The notes under the pieces were generated by a model. It saw only the letters and a program-made list of their open reading frames with translations. It made no database searches and was not told where the DNA came from. A stretch of DNA of 64,000 nt, from the NCBI RefSeq assembly GCF_001194135.2, contig NC_068981.1, forward strand, positions 42,703,341-42,767,340. Reading direction: 5' to 3'. Made by a program: the position numbers and the translations under genes. Positions 26,330 through 40,214 of this stretch are shown here, one piece after another (position 1 is the first letter of the stretch; every line of letters begins with the position of its first letter). This stretch comes from Octopus bimaculoides. Its lineage: Eukaryota.

Positions 26330-28520
26330 CCATTTGGTCATTGATCCATGTACAGGAATTTCAACCATGTTTCGTGGTCTGCTACCACAACAGCTCCTTT
26401 ATAGAATCCAGTTAGCTCAAGACATCATCAGGAGGAACCACGTCCGGTTTCGGCCCCTACACCTCTACCATTTTGACGTAGCGGGGCCCCTCCTTTCGGA
26501 GGTGTCTTCAGCTCTGGTGTTGGGTGCATGTCTTCTTTCTTCTATTCCCTGACCTCTTCGATGCAGCATCAACGAGTGTCAGCGTCCGACTGATTGGCTT
26601 GTCAAATTCCCCTTTTTATACCTGCTGCTAGGCTCCAGCAGGCTGCCCCNNNNNNNNNNNNNNNNNNNNNNNNNNNNNNNNNNNNNNNNNNNNNNNNNNN
26701 NNNNNNNNNNNNNNNNNNNNNNNNNNNNNNNNNNNNNNNNNNNNNNNNNNNNNNNNNNNNNNNNNNNNNNNNNNNNNNNNNNNNNNNNNNNNNNNNNNNN
26801 NNNNNNNNNNNNNNNNNNNNNNNNNNNNNNNNNNNNNNNNNNNNNNNNNNNNNNNNNNNNNNNNNNNNNNNNNNNNNNNNNNNNNNNNNNNNNNNNNNNN
26901 NNNNNNNGAAGCCACTTCAGTGTCAGCCTGTTTCACCTAATGATGTTATTTTCCTGCCGGCATGTTATGACTTTCAAGCCATATTTGGTCTTCCCGCTTC
27001 AGCCATATATAGAAGATGGCTTTTTCGGCCGCCTCCTGTATCCTCCTTATCAGTTTTCTCAGTTCTGAGCTTGAAAATGCAAATCTTCTTTTGAATAGCG
27101 TTGTCACTTTTCTTTCAATGAAGCCTCTAGCCCCCACTGCCAGATGGTAATACTCGACAGTCCATTTCTGTTCTCTGCACTCTTCGATTAGTTTCTCGTA
27201 TCTCTTCTCCTTTAGTTTCTCTGCATTGTCGATGTTCTCTTCCAATGGTACTGTCACTTGTAGCAAGATTCCTAGTCTCCGTTCTGTGTTCCATATGACT
27301 AAGTCTGGTCTTTTTGTCGTTTTTATAAGTGGAAAAATTACTAGACTTCCCAAATCCGTGGCCAGTTTCCAGTATCCCTTCCATCTTTCGTCTATCTCGT
27401 ATATTTTATTTGGAGACTTGATCTTATGTCCTTTTCCCTCCTTCTGGAAGTATATTTTCCTGCGTTTTTCCAATTTGGGGTACTCTCCCCTATTGTATCC
27501 CTCGATCTTCTCCTTGAGTGCTGCGCTTATAACTCCGAGGACTTGATTATGGAGCCATGTATACCTTTCTAGTGTTAGTCTGCAGCTTGACAGAACGTGT
27601 CTCACCGTCGCTTTCTCTCCGCATCCACATTCATCGGTCATTTTTATGTTCCATCGGACTAAGTTCGCCGGTGAGGGTAGAACGTCGAAGGTAGACTTGA
27701 TCAGGAAGGCTGTTCTTGCTTGTTCCCAAGCACAAAGTTCCTTCCATGAGATTCTGCGACTGACCACGTATTCCTCCCATCTCAGGCACTGCCCCTGTTG
27801 ACTACATTGCACCAAATGTACATTCCGCCTTTCTTCTTCCTCCTTTCTCACTTCGTGTACCACTGCCTCTTTCATCTCTTTTATACTGCTCTTGCAAAAT
27901 GGCCTGAAATTGCCCGTCCCTCGGCCGGCTCTTGCTTAGTATTCCGATCGTCCTGTTTACTGCCTCTTCCGCATTCCATTTCCTCCCTGTTCGTACCTTT
28001 GGAGAGTTTTCTCGGATGCCCTGATATTTTGAATACCTTAGCATCATTACTGTCCTCGCCTTTCCTGCTTTATATTCTTCGGTGATTGATGTTATTGATA
28101 GTTGCAGCACGGGTTTTCCATATAGTGCAGTTGTATTCAGTGGTTTCGGCAGACCAAGCCATTTTCTGATAAACACACTGCATCTTTGTTCTATCCTTTC
28201 TACTCTACTCGAGGCTGTTTCGTACATGTGCAATGGCCACATTATCCTTGGGTACAGTCCAAATTGCAGTATCCAACATTTGAATTTTCCCGGTAGTGTT
28301 GTTCTGTCAATTGCCTTTAATCCTTGTTCTACTAACTCGTGTGTTTCGTTCCCTTGCTTCTTATCATTTAATAAGTCTCTATACCATCTACCGAGACTCT
28401 TTACTGGTTGTTCTTTCACCGTTGGTATGTCTTCACCTCCTATCCTGAATTTCACTTCTTGCACTCCTTTCACGAAAGCCACGCTTCGAGATTGTCGTGC
28501 ACGTCTTCATAGGGATTAAT
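26330..28520 (-). mobile_element. HERO-like RLE non-LTR retrotransposon, 5'-truncated and frameshifted
   Basis: ORF 27802-28482 carries IPTVKEQPVKSLGRW, LPGKFKCWILQFGLYPRIMWPL, FIRKWLGLP and RTGRKW. ORF 26946-27875 carries STFDVLPSPANL, the zinc knuckle CGCGEKATVRHVLSSC and the RLE RPDLVIW...TVPLEEN...KEKRY. A GC-rich 3' UTR spans the gap. Confidence 0.92.
26946..27875 (-). pseudogene. HERO-like ORF C-terminal part (CCHC and PD-(D/E)xK endonuclease), 309 aa
   Basis: ORF track; RPD is intact, but the usual acidic residue of ELTVP reads Q (LQVTVP). Confidence 0.88.
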
Positions 28521-29007
28521 CTATACAGAGTGAAGAGGGTCCCTTAATGTGGTAACCTCCTACAGATGCTGTATCGTTAAAAACACTGGTGGTTGTAACA
28601 ACTTTTCAACATAACCTTCTTTATAAAGTTAGTACTAGTTAAGTACTGGAGTCGATGTAATCCACTTTCCCCCTCCTCAGAAATTGCTGGCCTTGTGCCA
28701 AGATTTGAAATCAATAATATAGGACATAGGCATAAGGCCACTAATTTCATGAAAGAGGATATATTAATTTACTTAAAGGGTATTTATTTTACTTGAGCTC
28801 GAGCTCGGTACGATTGTTTGCTCGGAGCATATAAAGACTTCGCAAGACATTCAATCTACTTTTCTATCGGTTCTGTCAGTCCTCGCTCTCCACTGCGATA
28901 ATATTAATAATAACAATCGCTTTTATTGCCTGTTTTAGCTTCTGCTAACTTAATAAGTAGTATTATTCGGCAATGATAGATATTACCATCATTGCTTTTA
29001 TTTTCAG

Positions 29008-29134
29008 ATCAGAAGAAAGACCGGACTAAGATGGGTTAGCGATGCTGCAAATTATGCATCGTCAGATTATATACAAAGAGGAACTAGTTCAATGAAACGA
29101 GGTTGTCTGAGAATATATATCCAAACATCAAAAT
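29008..29134 (+). CDS. Candidate 127-nt exon, possibly the central part of a C-type-lectin-like domain
   Basis: ttgcttttattttcag|ATC...AAAAT|gtaaga. Only phase 0 is open: IRRKTGLRWVSDAANYASSDYIQRGTSSMKRGCLRIYIQTSK. Confidence 0.4.
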
Positions 29135-29560
29135 GTAAGAAATATATGAAATTAAACCTGGATATTTTGATGGACGAACAATTCACGAAATATCGTATTC
29201 ATATTTATTTATGTATTCATATAAGTAGTGGGAGTAAAGTGTATGATAAGTAAACCTATTCATATACTTCGATTATATGTCTGTTTTTGATCATGCAGAA
29301 TAATGGTTATTTTACAGATTCATGAATTCATACAGGGTAGTTATAACCATAAAATAGTTGCGATGCTGTTACGACATATATATATACCCGCAAACGTAGA
29401 CTGAAAAATATACACACTTATATATTAATACTTACATACATATAACTTAAACAATCAGTGTTCTCTACACTTTGTATGGAGTGGCCTCATCCTCTTCCGC
29501 TTAGAGACTGTTACATTTGAATGAATATGTCTGTGTATATGTTTATTATCTATAAAACTA

Positions 29561-29591
<31 letters not shown>

Positions 29592-30654
29592 CTTCTTCTT
29601 CTTCTTCTTCTTCTTCTTCTTCTTCTTCTTCTTCTTCTTCTTNNNNNNNNNNNNNNNNNNNNNNNNNNNNNNNNNNNNNNNNNNNNNNNNNNNNNNNNNN
29701 NNNNNNNNNNNNNNNNNNNNNNNNNNNNNNNNNNNNNNNNNNNNNNNNNNNNNNNNNNNNNNNNNNNNNNNNNNNNNNNNNNNNNNNNNNNNNNNNNNNN
29801 NNNNNNNNNNNNNNNNNNNNNNNNNNNNNNNNNNNNNNNNNNNNNNNNNNNNNNNNNNNNNNNNNNNNNNNNNNNNNNNNNNNNNNNNNNNNNNNNNNNN
29901 NNNNNNNNNNNNNNNNNNNNNNNNNNNNNNNNNNNNNNNNNNNNNNNNNNNNNNNNNNNNNNNNNNNNNNNNNNNNNNNNNNNNNNNNNNNNNNNNNNNN
30001 NNNNNNNNNNNNNNNNNNNNNNNNNNNNNNNNNNNNNNNNNNNNNNNNNNNNNNNNNNNNNNNNNNNNNNNNNNNNNNNNNNNNNNNNNNNNNNNNNNNN
30101 NNNNNNNNNNNNNNNNNNNNNNNNNNNNNNNNNNNNNNNNNNNNNNNNNNNNNNNNNNNNNNNNNNNNNNNNNNNNNNNNNNNNNNNNNNNNNNNNNNNN
30201 NNNNNNNNNNNNNNNNNNNNNNNNNNNNNNNNNNNNNNNNNNNNNNNNNNNNNNNNNNNNNNNNNNNNNNNNNNNNNNNNNNNNNNNNNNNNNNNNNNNN
30301 NNNNNNNNNNNNNNNNNNNNNNNNNNNNNNNNNNNNNNNNNNNNNNNNNNNNNNNNNNNNNNNNNNNNNNNNNNNNNNNNNNNNNNNNNNNNNNNNNNNN
30401 NNNNNNNNNNNNNNNNNNNNNNNNNNNNNNNNNNNNNNNNNNNNNNNNNNNNNNNNNNNNNNNNNNNNNNNNNNNNNNNNNNNNNNNNNNNNNNNNNNNN
30501 NNNNNNNNNNNNNNNNNNNNNNNNNNNNNNNNNNNNNNNNNNNNNNNNNNNNNNNNNNNNNNNNNNNNNNNNNNNNNNNNNNNNNNNNNNNNNNNNNNCA
30601 CACACTCACACACAGACACTCACACACACACACACTCACACACATATATACACA

Positions 30655-30694
<40 letters not shown>

Positions 30695-31796
30695 CACATA
30701 TATATATGTATAAACACAATGTATATATATATATATTCATACAAACCTTGGGTATATACCGGTAGTATGCCGATTAAAGCATTTTTGCCGTCTATGTCTA
30801 CCAGATATCATTCATAATATTGGTATATGTATTTATATATATTTATTTTATCATGGTATTTTAAAAAATGCTTTAATTTTTCAACAATGTTGAAGTTTGT
30901 TAACCATTAAAAAATATTTTGTCATGTTCATAAAGTTGAATTAACGCTTTCATACCTTCGTAGTAATCATCAGCTTTCAAAAACCGTAACGTTTAAGCTG
31001 CATACAGATTGGTTAAAACTGTATCCCAAGAATTCGGCTTGTTGGAGCCCTCTAAGAGGTACAAGAAGGAAGAAGTCTGTCATAACCAGCCGAAATTGCA
31101 AAGATAATCTGGAACTCGACTGAGGAAAGAAAACTCCGAATGACCTGTCTTTGTTTTCTTTCTATCGTCTATCTGGATGCTTTGTTGTCCCTTTCTTGTA
31201 TCACCTAACTGTCTGGATGTTTTGTGTTCTTGTCCCATTTTGTATTATATATATATATAAATATATATATATATGTATATANNNNNNNNNNNNNNNNNNN
31301 NNNNNNNNNNNNNNNNNNNNNNNNNNNNNNNNNNNNNNNNNNNNNNNNNNNNNNNNNNNNNNNNNNNNNNNNNNNNNNNNNNNNNNNNNNNNNNNNNNNN
31401 NNNNNNNNNNNNNNNNNNNNNNNNNNNNNNNNNNNNNNNNNNNNNNNNNNNNNNNNNNNNNNNNNNNNNNNNNNNNNNNNNNNNNNNNNNNNNNNNNNNN
31501 NNNNNNNNNNNNNNNNNNNNNNNNNNNNNNNNNNNNNNNNNNNNNNNNNNNNNNNNNNNNNNNNNNNNNNNNNNNNNNNNNNNNNNNNNNNNNNNNNNNN
31601 NNNNNNNNNNNNNNNNNNNNNNNNNNNNNNNNNNNNNNNNNNNNNNNNNNNNNNNNNNNNNNNNNNNNNNNNNNNNNNNNNNNNNNNNNNNNNNNNNNNN
31701 NNNNNNNNNNNNNNNNNNNNNNNNNNNNNNNNNNNNNNNNNNNNNNNNNNNNNNNNNNNNNNNNNNNNNNNNNNNNNNNNNNNNNNNNNNNNNNNN

Positions 31797-31849
<53 letters not shown>

Positions 31850-31915
31850 AAGTATATATATAGATATAGATAGATGTGTGTATATATGTATATATACATA
31901 CATATACATATATAT

Positions 31916-31952
<37 letters not shown>

Positions 31953-32319
31953 AAGAGAGAGATCTGATTGGTGATAGGATTGCTCTAAATATCCTTACTC
32001 TTTGTACATATATGATAGGGTTACCATATGCATTATACATATGTATCATATTTTCGATGTGCCATATATATTGGTTCCAAATTTTTACACAAGGCCAACA
32101 ATTTTGGAGGGATGGTTTGGTATTTGAGAGTGAGAGTTTAATCGAGTGCATCAACTCTTACTTATTTTTTTTTAAGGAATCCGACAGTCGATCTCCGAAT
32201 TTGAACTCAGCGGATTTGAACTCAGAACGTTAAGACGCATGAAATGCGTATGTATGAGCATATGCACGTATAGGTACAGTTATAGATGTCATTCCATGTA
32301 TGGATCTTATTGCATACAA

Positions 32320-32530
32320 AGCATCATCAATGTTTAACATATTTTGACAGTAATTTTGACAGTTTGTAGCTGTACTCTGCTGCTTAACCGTGTTTTTCTG
32401 GTTTTGTGAATTCCGGTTTCTGAAGATTGCTATTGAAGGAGCTGATAGTCAAGTGCTCCAATAATTCTTGGTAAAAACTTAGGTTTATTGTCCGAATAGA
32501 ATGCCTGTAGATTTCTCATTAGATTGTCAT
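32320..32530 (-). mobile_element. R4-like RLE C-terminal relic, same lineage as the 41.3-41.9 kb element
   Basis: [27 protein letters not shown] and TVKIC match the 41.3-41.6 kb peptide LRKLQFL.PDHKFTFIPIMIASLG...TVKICK. Confidence 0.6.
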
Positions 32531-32541
32531 AAATGCATGCG

Positions 32542-32576
<35 letters not shown>

Positions 32577-33745
32577 GCGCACACGCGCGCACACGCACGC
32601 ACACACACGCACACACACGCACATACACACACACGCATGCACACATGCACACACACACACATATATATGAAAATAAGATTGTCAAGGTTTGAGCGCCTTT
32701 GATCGTGAGTGTAATCGATAAGGCTTAATTGATTGGAACTAACTAACACCACCGCCAACAAAAACAATAATAACGATAACGTGCAGCGATGGCATTATAT
32801 ATTTAACAAACACTTAATGGGCTTTCGCAGCTACATTTAATGCCTCCTTGGGCACGGCTAGGTAAGGTTCTTATCCCAGCCCTTTTCCGCGTGGCCCAGT
32901 TCTATGTTCAAGTATACTATAGAAGAAATCCTTGTGTGTGGTATTCAGATGTAAGGATAGAAGAGATTATAATTTTCACTTTTCTGCTTTACACACACAC
33001 CCACACACACGCACACACACACACACGCGTGCCCGCGCGCACGCACGGAAGCACACACAGTCACATTGCTGTCTTAGCGAATCTCCGGAAGACATGGATA
33101 CCGATTCTATCTTAAAGGTTCATTGGAGTTACCACTTTATTAACTTAATTCGTGATGCAAATATCTATACAAGTCTTCAGTGTCTCGTACTTGTATCTCA
33201 AAGTGACAGCCTATTGGTCTACTTCGACCTATTCCTTATACATGAAACATAGCATTGTTTTTCAGCTGACTTCCTCTTCTTTGAAACGAAACAATTGATA
33301 CAAATTTCAAATTTGACACACGTCTGATGGATTTTCCTTCTTTTTCTCTCACTTTCACCTTCTCATTTTCTGTCTTCAGGAAGATAAACTTAGAAACACA
33401 AATACTTAGAAACACAGACATATATTTAAACAATCATAAATTCATACATAATCTATACGGTCCTTAAATGAAGCCTTTATGTAGCAGTTCGTTCTGCTAT
33501 AATTAGTAGGTAAACCCTATTAAAATCAAACGCTATCGATTTATAATCAGAACTCTTTGTATGGTGTGGTCTTAAACAGAGTATATCTGCAAAAAGATCG
33601 TATGGTGACGGATTGAATGACTGTAAACATGTCTGTTCTATATGTGGTGCCTTGAGGATAAATAACAACAGGTAAGATACAGTGTGTACATATAAACATA
33701 TTCAGGCATACACATGCACTCACACTTACATTCACATGCAGATAC

Positions 33746-33793
<48 letters not shown>

Positions 33794-34529
33794 ATACACA
33801 CTCACACACACACATATATATGTTCCCAATGAAAGAGTCGACATACTTTTTGAACACTGACCAAATTCCAAATATTTTAACCAACCAACCAACCAACCGA
33901 CCAATCAACCAACCAGCCACAATAACATTACCAAAAGCAGATGTTCAGACACGCACACACAAAGACACATACAAAGACATACACGTACACGCACACTCAT
34001 ACACACATGCAAGCTAACGCATTATAATTAAGAAATAAAAATAATTGGTTTAGCAAGGACTTTCTAATAGCCACATAAAAATCGCTTAAATTTGAAAATT
34101 CATTAACAATAAATATGTCTTAAATTAGTTTCATAATTAAAATCAGTCGCAGACAAACAACTTTGTAAAATCTCTAATATTTACGAACGACAAAATTTAC
34201 AAGCACAATACGGTAAAAAGCTCATGCCGAACCAAACTTGACCAAAATTCATGTCAAAATGAATCGAAAAAAAAGGAGTTAAGTAAATAAAAAATGAACA
34301 ATCAAACTAACAACACAAAAAATAATTAAGGAAGACCCCAAAATATCAGCCAATCAGAAAATGTACAACGTAAACAAATGAACAAACAAGCATAAGACTA
34401 GAATCACAACACCAAATGAAAATATACCATCACAAAAGAGTTGTAACAGTTCTAACCAGAAGATCACAGTGGCGGGAAACTCGAATCGTATGGTAAATGT
34501 TCAGATTCAATAACCTACATACATATAAA

Positions 34530-34672
34530 AAGGGTAGAGACCTCCCTTTGATCATGAATGACTATGGCATTGCACTTAGAAAGTTCCCCTCTGAGGCACA
34601 AGCTCGGGTAAGTTTGTTTATTGAAGACCAGTAGTCGCCCATGCATACCAGCCTTCCTTCTCCATGCCTCAC
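34530..34672 (-). mobile_element. 3' half of SINE family C
   Basis: Reverse complement of the 51990-52123 tail (GGCTGGTATGCATGGGCGAC...CATTCATGATCAAAGGGAGGTC). Confidence 0.85.
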
Positions 34673-35299
34673 TTATTTGTGTCTAGCACAATGAGAATAA
34701 AAAAGAGGTAAATGTATAAAAAATATAAATGAACATGTGCGCATGGAAATAACTAGCCAGTTATAGGGAAAATTGACTCTCGACGAACATAAAATGCACA
34801 CCAGAGTGGACTAATAACAGCCAACACTGAAGGAAAATTATGAGAATCGACGAAAAAAATAGAAAACAAAATTCAGTAAACATGTATCAATGACAGTATG
34901 TTTTTGTAGCTTCAGATAAACATTCATCTCCACAAATTACCTATGACCCTCAAAGAAATTGTTTCAACAGTAACAAATGTAGCCAACAGCAGGCTGAATA
35001 ATTTAATACATTCACAGACCTTGCAGTACTGTTAGATATTGTTTGATGCTAATAGGAACAGATTTTTCTTAAACCACGGACACTAGAAAAACAACCAAAA
35101 GAAAAGAAAAAAACAGTGAAAAGAAGATATATAAACGTGATAAAAATACGATAGACTTAATGAAGTAGGAAGGGAGAGTCTAATATGGAAAATAGAAACA
35201 CAAACAAACTTCAGGTTAAGAAAATATAACATACAAAATGATGATATACAGGAAGTTAAATAAAAACTTAATGAAACCATCTTAGCAAAGTCATACTGT

Positions 35300-36700
35300 A
35301 AAAGGCGCTTCGTGAGAACATTTTTCATGATAATAAAATATTTTCAACAAATTCTAGAAGTTTCTAAAGAGATGAACAACAAAAAATATTGAAATACCAA
35401 CATCTTCAGAAATCAACTCATATTTCAAACATATTTTAAAGAAAATATGAAATGAAGAAATTTCTTTATATTCAAGGAATACAGGATATAAGTTTGGGGG
35501 AAAATGTAAAGAATGTAGGCATCACTCGTGGACAGCCCTATATGTCTATCGTACAGGTCACGAATACAATAAAAGCAGCTAGTACCTGGAAATCTTCCTG
35601 ACTCGAAGTCCTTAACTTCTAAAAGGCGTATGTAAACAGTATTCTTTAATAAGTGGCAAAAACATTTAACATATTGCCAGAAGACAATATTAATCCGGAA
35701 AACTAAAACAAAATCCAGAACACTAAGACTTTTTATTCAACCTTTATATACATTTTCATTGGCGGTCTGGTTGTTAACCTTGGAAGTATTAACAGTATAA
35801 CAGATGAATATAAATTGTATCGTAAAGGGGTATATGAAAGTTAACAGTTATTTACCAATCACGCAATTATTGAACAGAATATGAAGGAAAAGAAAATCCT
35901 GAGTACACCATGGATTCATAACAAACAAGTATTTTGCAGCATAAACCCTTTTACCAATTTTGATAACACTATGACAGTAAAACTAAAAATGCAATACTTA
36001 ATACTAAAAGAATATAGGAAGGATGTCATTAAGAGAAGAAAAGAATTACATCACTGCAGGCCAGGAAGATGGGGATAAAATTTAGCCCTATTGTCATAAG
36101 ATGGAAAATTTTTCATTCTGATTACACTTGAGGGTAGTTTTGATATTACAAATTTCCTGGGTAAAAACCTCCGTTTGCACATTTCGAACCCATCTATAAC
36201 GAAGCCATTATAAATAAAATATATCTTCTAACATACGATAGAAGGCGCTTTGTACATTAGGAAATAGAGAAAAGAACAACAACAAAAATACTTTAAAGCA
36301 AATGTCGGTGATTAATTCAATAAGGAAACATTTTGAGAACAAAACCAAAATACGCTGAAGACAAATGTCTTAAATGAGAACAAAGCAACAAAAAATCTGA
36401 AAAATACTTATGATATAATAAAAGACTGAAACTAAAAATTTTCCAAAGACAAAAAGAGAAAGGCCTCTCCCCTGGCAATATTCTAGACAGCGCAGAAATA
36501 AATAAGAAGAGCTCAAAGCACTGGATGAAATGCAGAAACCGAAGATTTGATTTTAGCTACTCAATATCAATTCCCATCCGCAAATAACTACAAAAAGTAA
36601 AATAGATATACAATCATCGCAGAGAAATAAATGATCATATCATTTCTGGTCGCCAGACATTTACTAAGTCAGAATATACCCACATACCAGGTATATTCAT
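35300..36700 (+). mobile_element. Heavily decayed R4-like RT region
   Basis: Ordered remnants WKS(P), NHAIIEQNMKEKKILSTPWIHNKQVFCSI (compare NxAI...KNLSTAWIDYKKAFDSV), a GDxLSPLL-like patch and KYL; A-rich sense strand. Confidence 0.45.
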
Positions 36701-38016
36701 TCAGTAATTTGCTGATACAAATGGAATAAACCTGTATCAAACCCGCCTTACAATATGGAAGGTTGATATCTGTGATCTACTGGTCCAGACTGAAAAGTTT
36801 ATTAAAGAAAACCACCACCCAAATTAGGGACACGGACTCCAGTTACTCTTGAAAGATACACAACTGAATCACGAAAACCTATCAATCTACAGTTATTAAC
36901 AGGTCTAGAAGTTCCTGTTTGTTGATTTCTTGATGTGTGATAACTCCAAAACATGGCTAGGGTCGTCCCCTACTTCTAAAAATTGGACCCCCCCCCACTA
37001 CATGTCATATTTTTCGGTTTTGCTCTTCTGCCATTTTTATCGGAATTAATCATATAATTTATTATTTTTCTCTGAGCTAAAGAATGTAATTTTAATTAAT
37101 TAAATTTTGTTGCCCTACTACGTCAAATATTCTAAGTACATACTTTATAATTTAGTTTCCATGCAGCTAGTGTCTGGTTAATCTTCTCAGCTATTCTTTC
37201 AAATTATTACAACGAATAGTCTGTATTTACATACATCTTATATGTAACTAAATTAGATGCATTATACAACCACCTTTCCATTACACTAGAAAGGCAACAC
37301 CATATATACACCCTGGACATTAGTGTACAATTACTAAAACCTATTCTCGCATATTTTCGGTTTTGTACTCAAACCCGATAACACTATATTATATATACGT
37401 ATAAAATTTTTTTTAAATATCGTGCAATTTAGCAATATCATGTGATCAGGATTTCTGAGGACCCACACTCTGTATACATACACTCGCGCGCATGCACACT
37501 CATACACACACGTACAAACACATACATCGCAGGGAGTCCACAACTCCATTCCGACTATTCCAAAAGGTTAGTGCAGCGATTGCAACCCCTGCACAAAATC
37601 TATTCTTTGCAAAATTATCGAACATCATCTTGCTCTATTACTGTCGCAAAAGCCATGTAACTGAACCTTCTTATTTGACAAATGATGTCATTCAAGCAAG
37701 ATTATTTAAGAACAGTCTATAATTGTTGACACTGAGAGTATCGATATATAAAAGTTCACATTGCATTCTACATACCCTAGTCTCTGGTTCTAATAATCTA
37801 GCTTCTAATTTAAACCGGTTCGTTGTTGAATTTGTGTCGCAATGGACATATTATCATGCACAGGCTTTATAATTAATGAAACCTGTGAGTGGAACAACTA
37901 ATACTCTGTTTTAATTGATACCATCTTTTAATGTTTGCTTATTTTTTCAATGACTTAAATTGCCGATTGAGCGAATTCTTCCAATATTGTATTTTAATAT
38001 TATTACTTTAAATTAA

Positions 38017-38235
38017 GGCGGCGAGCTGACAGAATCGTTAATTCGCCGGGACAAAATACTTAGCGGTATTTTGTATGTCTCTATTTTTCTAAGTTCAAAT
38101 ACCGTCGAGGTCGACTTTGCCTTTCATCCTTTCGGGGTCGATAAATAAATACCAGTTGAGCACTGGGGTCAATGTAATCGACTAGCTCTCTTCACCGAAA
38201 TTACTGGTCTTGTGCAAAAATTTGAAACCAATATT
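38017..38235 (+). mobile_element. SINE family A, full length
   Basis: Head, B-box, GGTCGACTTTGCCTTTCATCCTTTCGGGGTCGATAAAT core and tail ...GGTCTTGTGCAAAAATTTGAAACCAAT. Confidence 0.92.
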
Positions 38236-40214
38236 ACCATCTATAGTTTCGAATGTTCATGTTTTATGACACTATTTCCTGCTCACCGTCATCTTTTTCT
38301 TCCCCTCCACCACCATCACACTTATCACCATCGTCGTCGTTGTTCTCCTCTCCTTTCTCCTTCTCCTCATCAAAATCATTATCCCCATATTCGACCAAAT
38401 CTTCATTTTTAATCGTGATAATGCGCAAAAATGTGGGATTTGAAATTCCTTTACGTAATATAATTCATAATGAAATGCTATCATTTGTAAGACTTATCTC
38501 AAAATCTGTTCGAAGGTCACTTTCGATAAACAACAATCTTTGCTAAACAATAAAATCAAATTCTCCATTTTCTATTTTTGAGCAGACAGAAAATGCTATG
38601 ATTTCTAAGCACACTATACAATCGCAAAGGGTTTCATTCAAAATTTGAGTATCCCGCTAAAACCGTGATTAAGGATCTTGTGAAAGTAATTCCGATATAG
38701 CCCTTTGACTTCCGTCAATAGTAAAGGTACTCTCTTTTGTGACATCTTAACACTAAACTATTGGCTTTGCTACTACTGTCAAGATTATATGTTTAAATAC
38801 CTTCATGTTCCCTGACTTTCCATGACAGAGGAAATCGCGCTCACGAAGCAATGCAAACAGCGATATGTGATCTAATTAATAATCAATATATTTCCCATAT
38901 AACTGATAAATCCAAGAACAATTTAAATACTTATTATTCTATGGTGGTTTTACAAACATAATTCTTGCTACAAACTGGGGATTTGATGATAACCTCCATT
39001 TTCTCTCCATATCACGAAGGAATAAAATAATCAGTCTATAACACAGATTTAGCTCAATTGATCGCTAAAACTAAATATTACAGTCATTTTGTGATCTTAT
39101 ATGCCTAGATCTATAGACTGTCAACAGTTTTAGCACCAATACAAACATTATCCTGATAAATTACAATATTATCTATGCTATTTCTCGCATGTTCATTCCT
39201 CCTTTGAATCGTAGTGCAACCCTTTATTAAAACATTTGTGTGACATACACACAGTGGTGTATTTATGATAGTAACTTCACTTCATTCAGAACACATTTCT
39301 ATCTGATTACATGCATGTTTTAAATCCAGTTTAGTAAATAATTCAACTCGGAATGGGAATGAATTATCGATTCACTATTGGATTTGGATAAGAACCTCAA
39401 CAAATTCTTTCATTTACACCTAATTTATAGTCACCACCTACCCCCACATCTCCATCTGCTTTTTGCACAACCACTGAAGGAGCGCTATCGTGAGAAACTT
39501 CCAAATGACTTCCATTAATTAGTTTTCACAGCTTCATGGTGACTAATGGTTTAATGTGCATTGCTAATGGGCTTGCCTCAAAATAAGATGGCCTAGTATT
39601 TCATTTGAGAAGAATGCTAGCATTAAACCCTCTTAATCTTCCAAATTTTCCTGGAGCTTCAATCTCATGAATTAATGTTGAACTATCAACATTCATCACG
39701 TCCACACCAAGCAAGCAAGCCATGATTTCTTTACATGCACAAACAATGACACCCATAACTTTTATGTTCTTATCAGTTTCAATTAATGCATCAAGCTTCA
39801 CCAAAATTTCAATGAATGATTCATCAAATTAAATTTAGTTTAAATTTAAACTTTCGTCATTTTAGTTTATTCAAATCAGTCAAGGTCTGATATATCTGAT
39901 ATATTACAGAATGTGACTGTGAGTGTCATCTTGGATTTTAAGGTTAACATTGTTGAGTTTTTCGTTGATCATTGCAGCATTTTTATACCGTTTTCATGAA
40001 TATTTGTGAATCTTCATTATCACTTTCATCAATTTCCTCACACGATTTTTTTTTATTGATTTACATATTGCTTCGAAATGAGTATTTTTCTACATTCTAT
40101 GCACGTTTTAGTAAATGCATGACATTTTGATGTTGTATGTTTATATCTGGATAAGAAAACCTGAGAATCAGATTTATACTTGTTTCTATGAGCATGAGGC
40201 ACTTGTCACATGTT

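Noticed and set aside
26414-26513. Canonical hammerhead ribozyme call
   Set aside because: Helix I cannot form properly and helix II is not closed next to GAAA; kept only as an atypical structure.
29455-31967. Long ORFs of 200-430 aa (also at 43.4-44.3 and 55.6-57.0 kb)
   Set aside because: Almost entirely X from N-gaps plus dinucleotide repeats.
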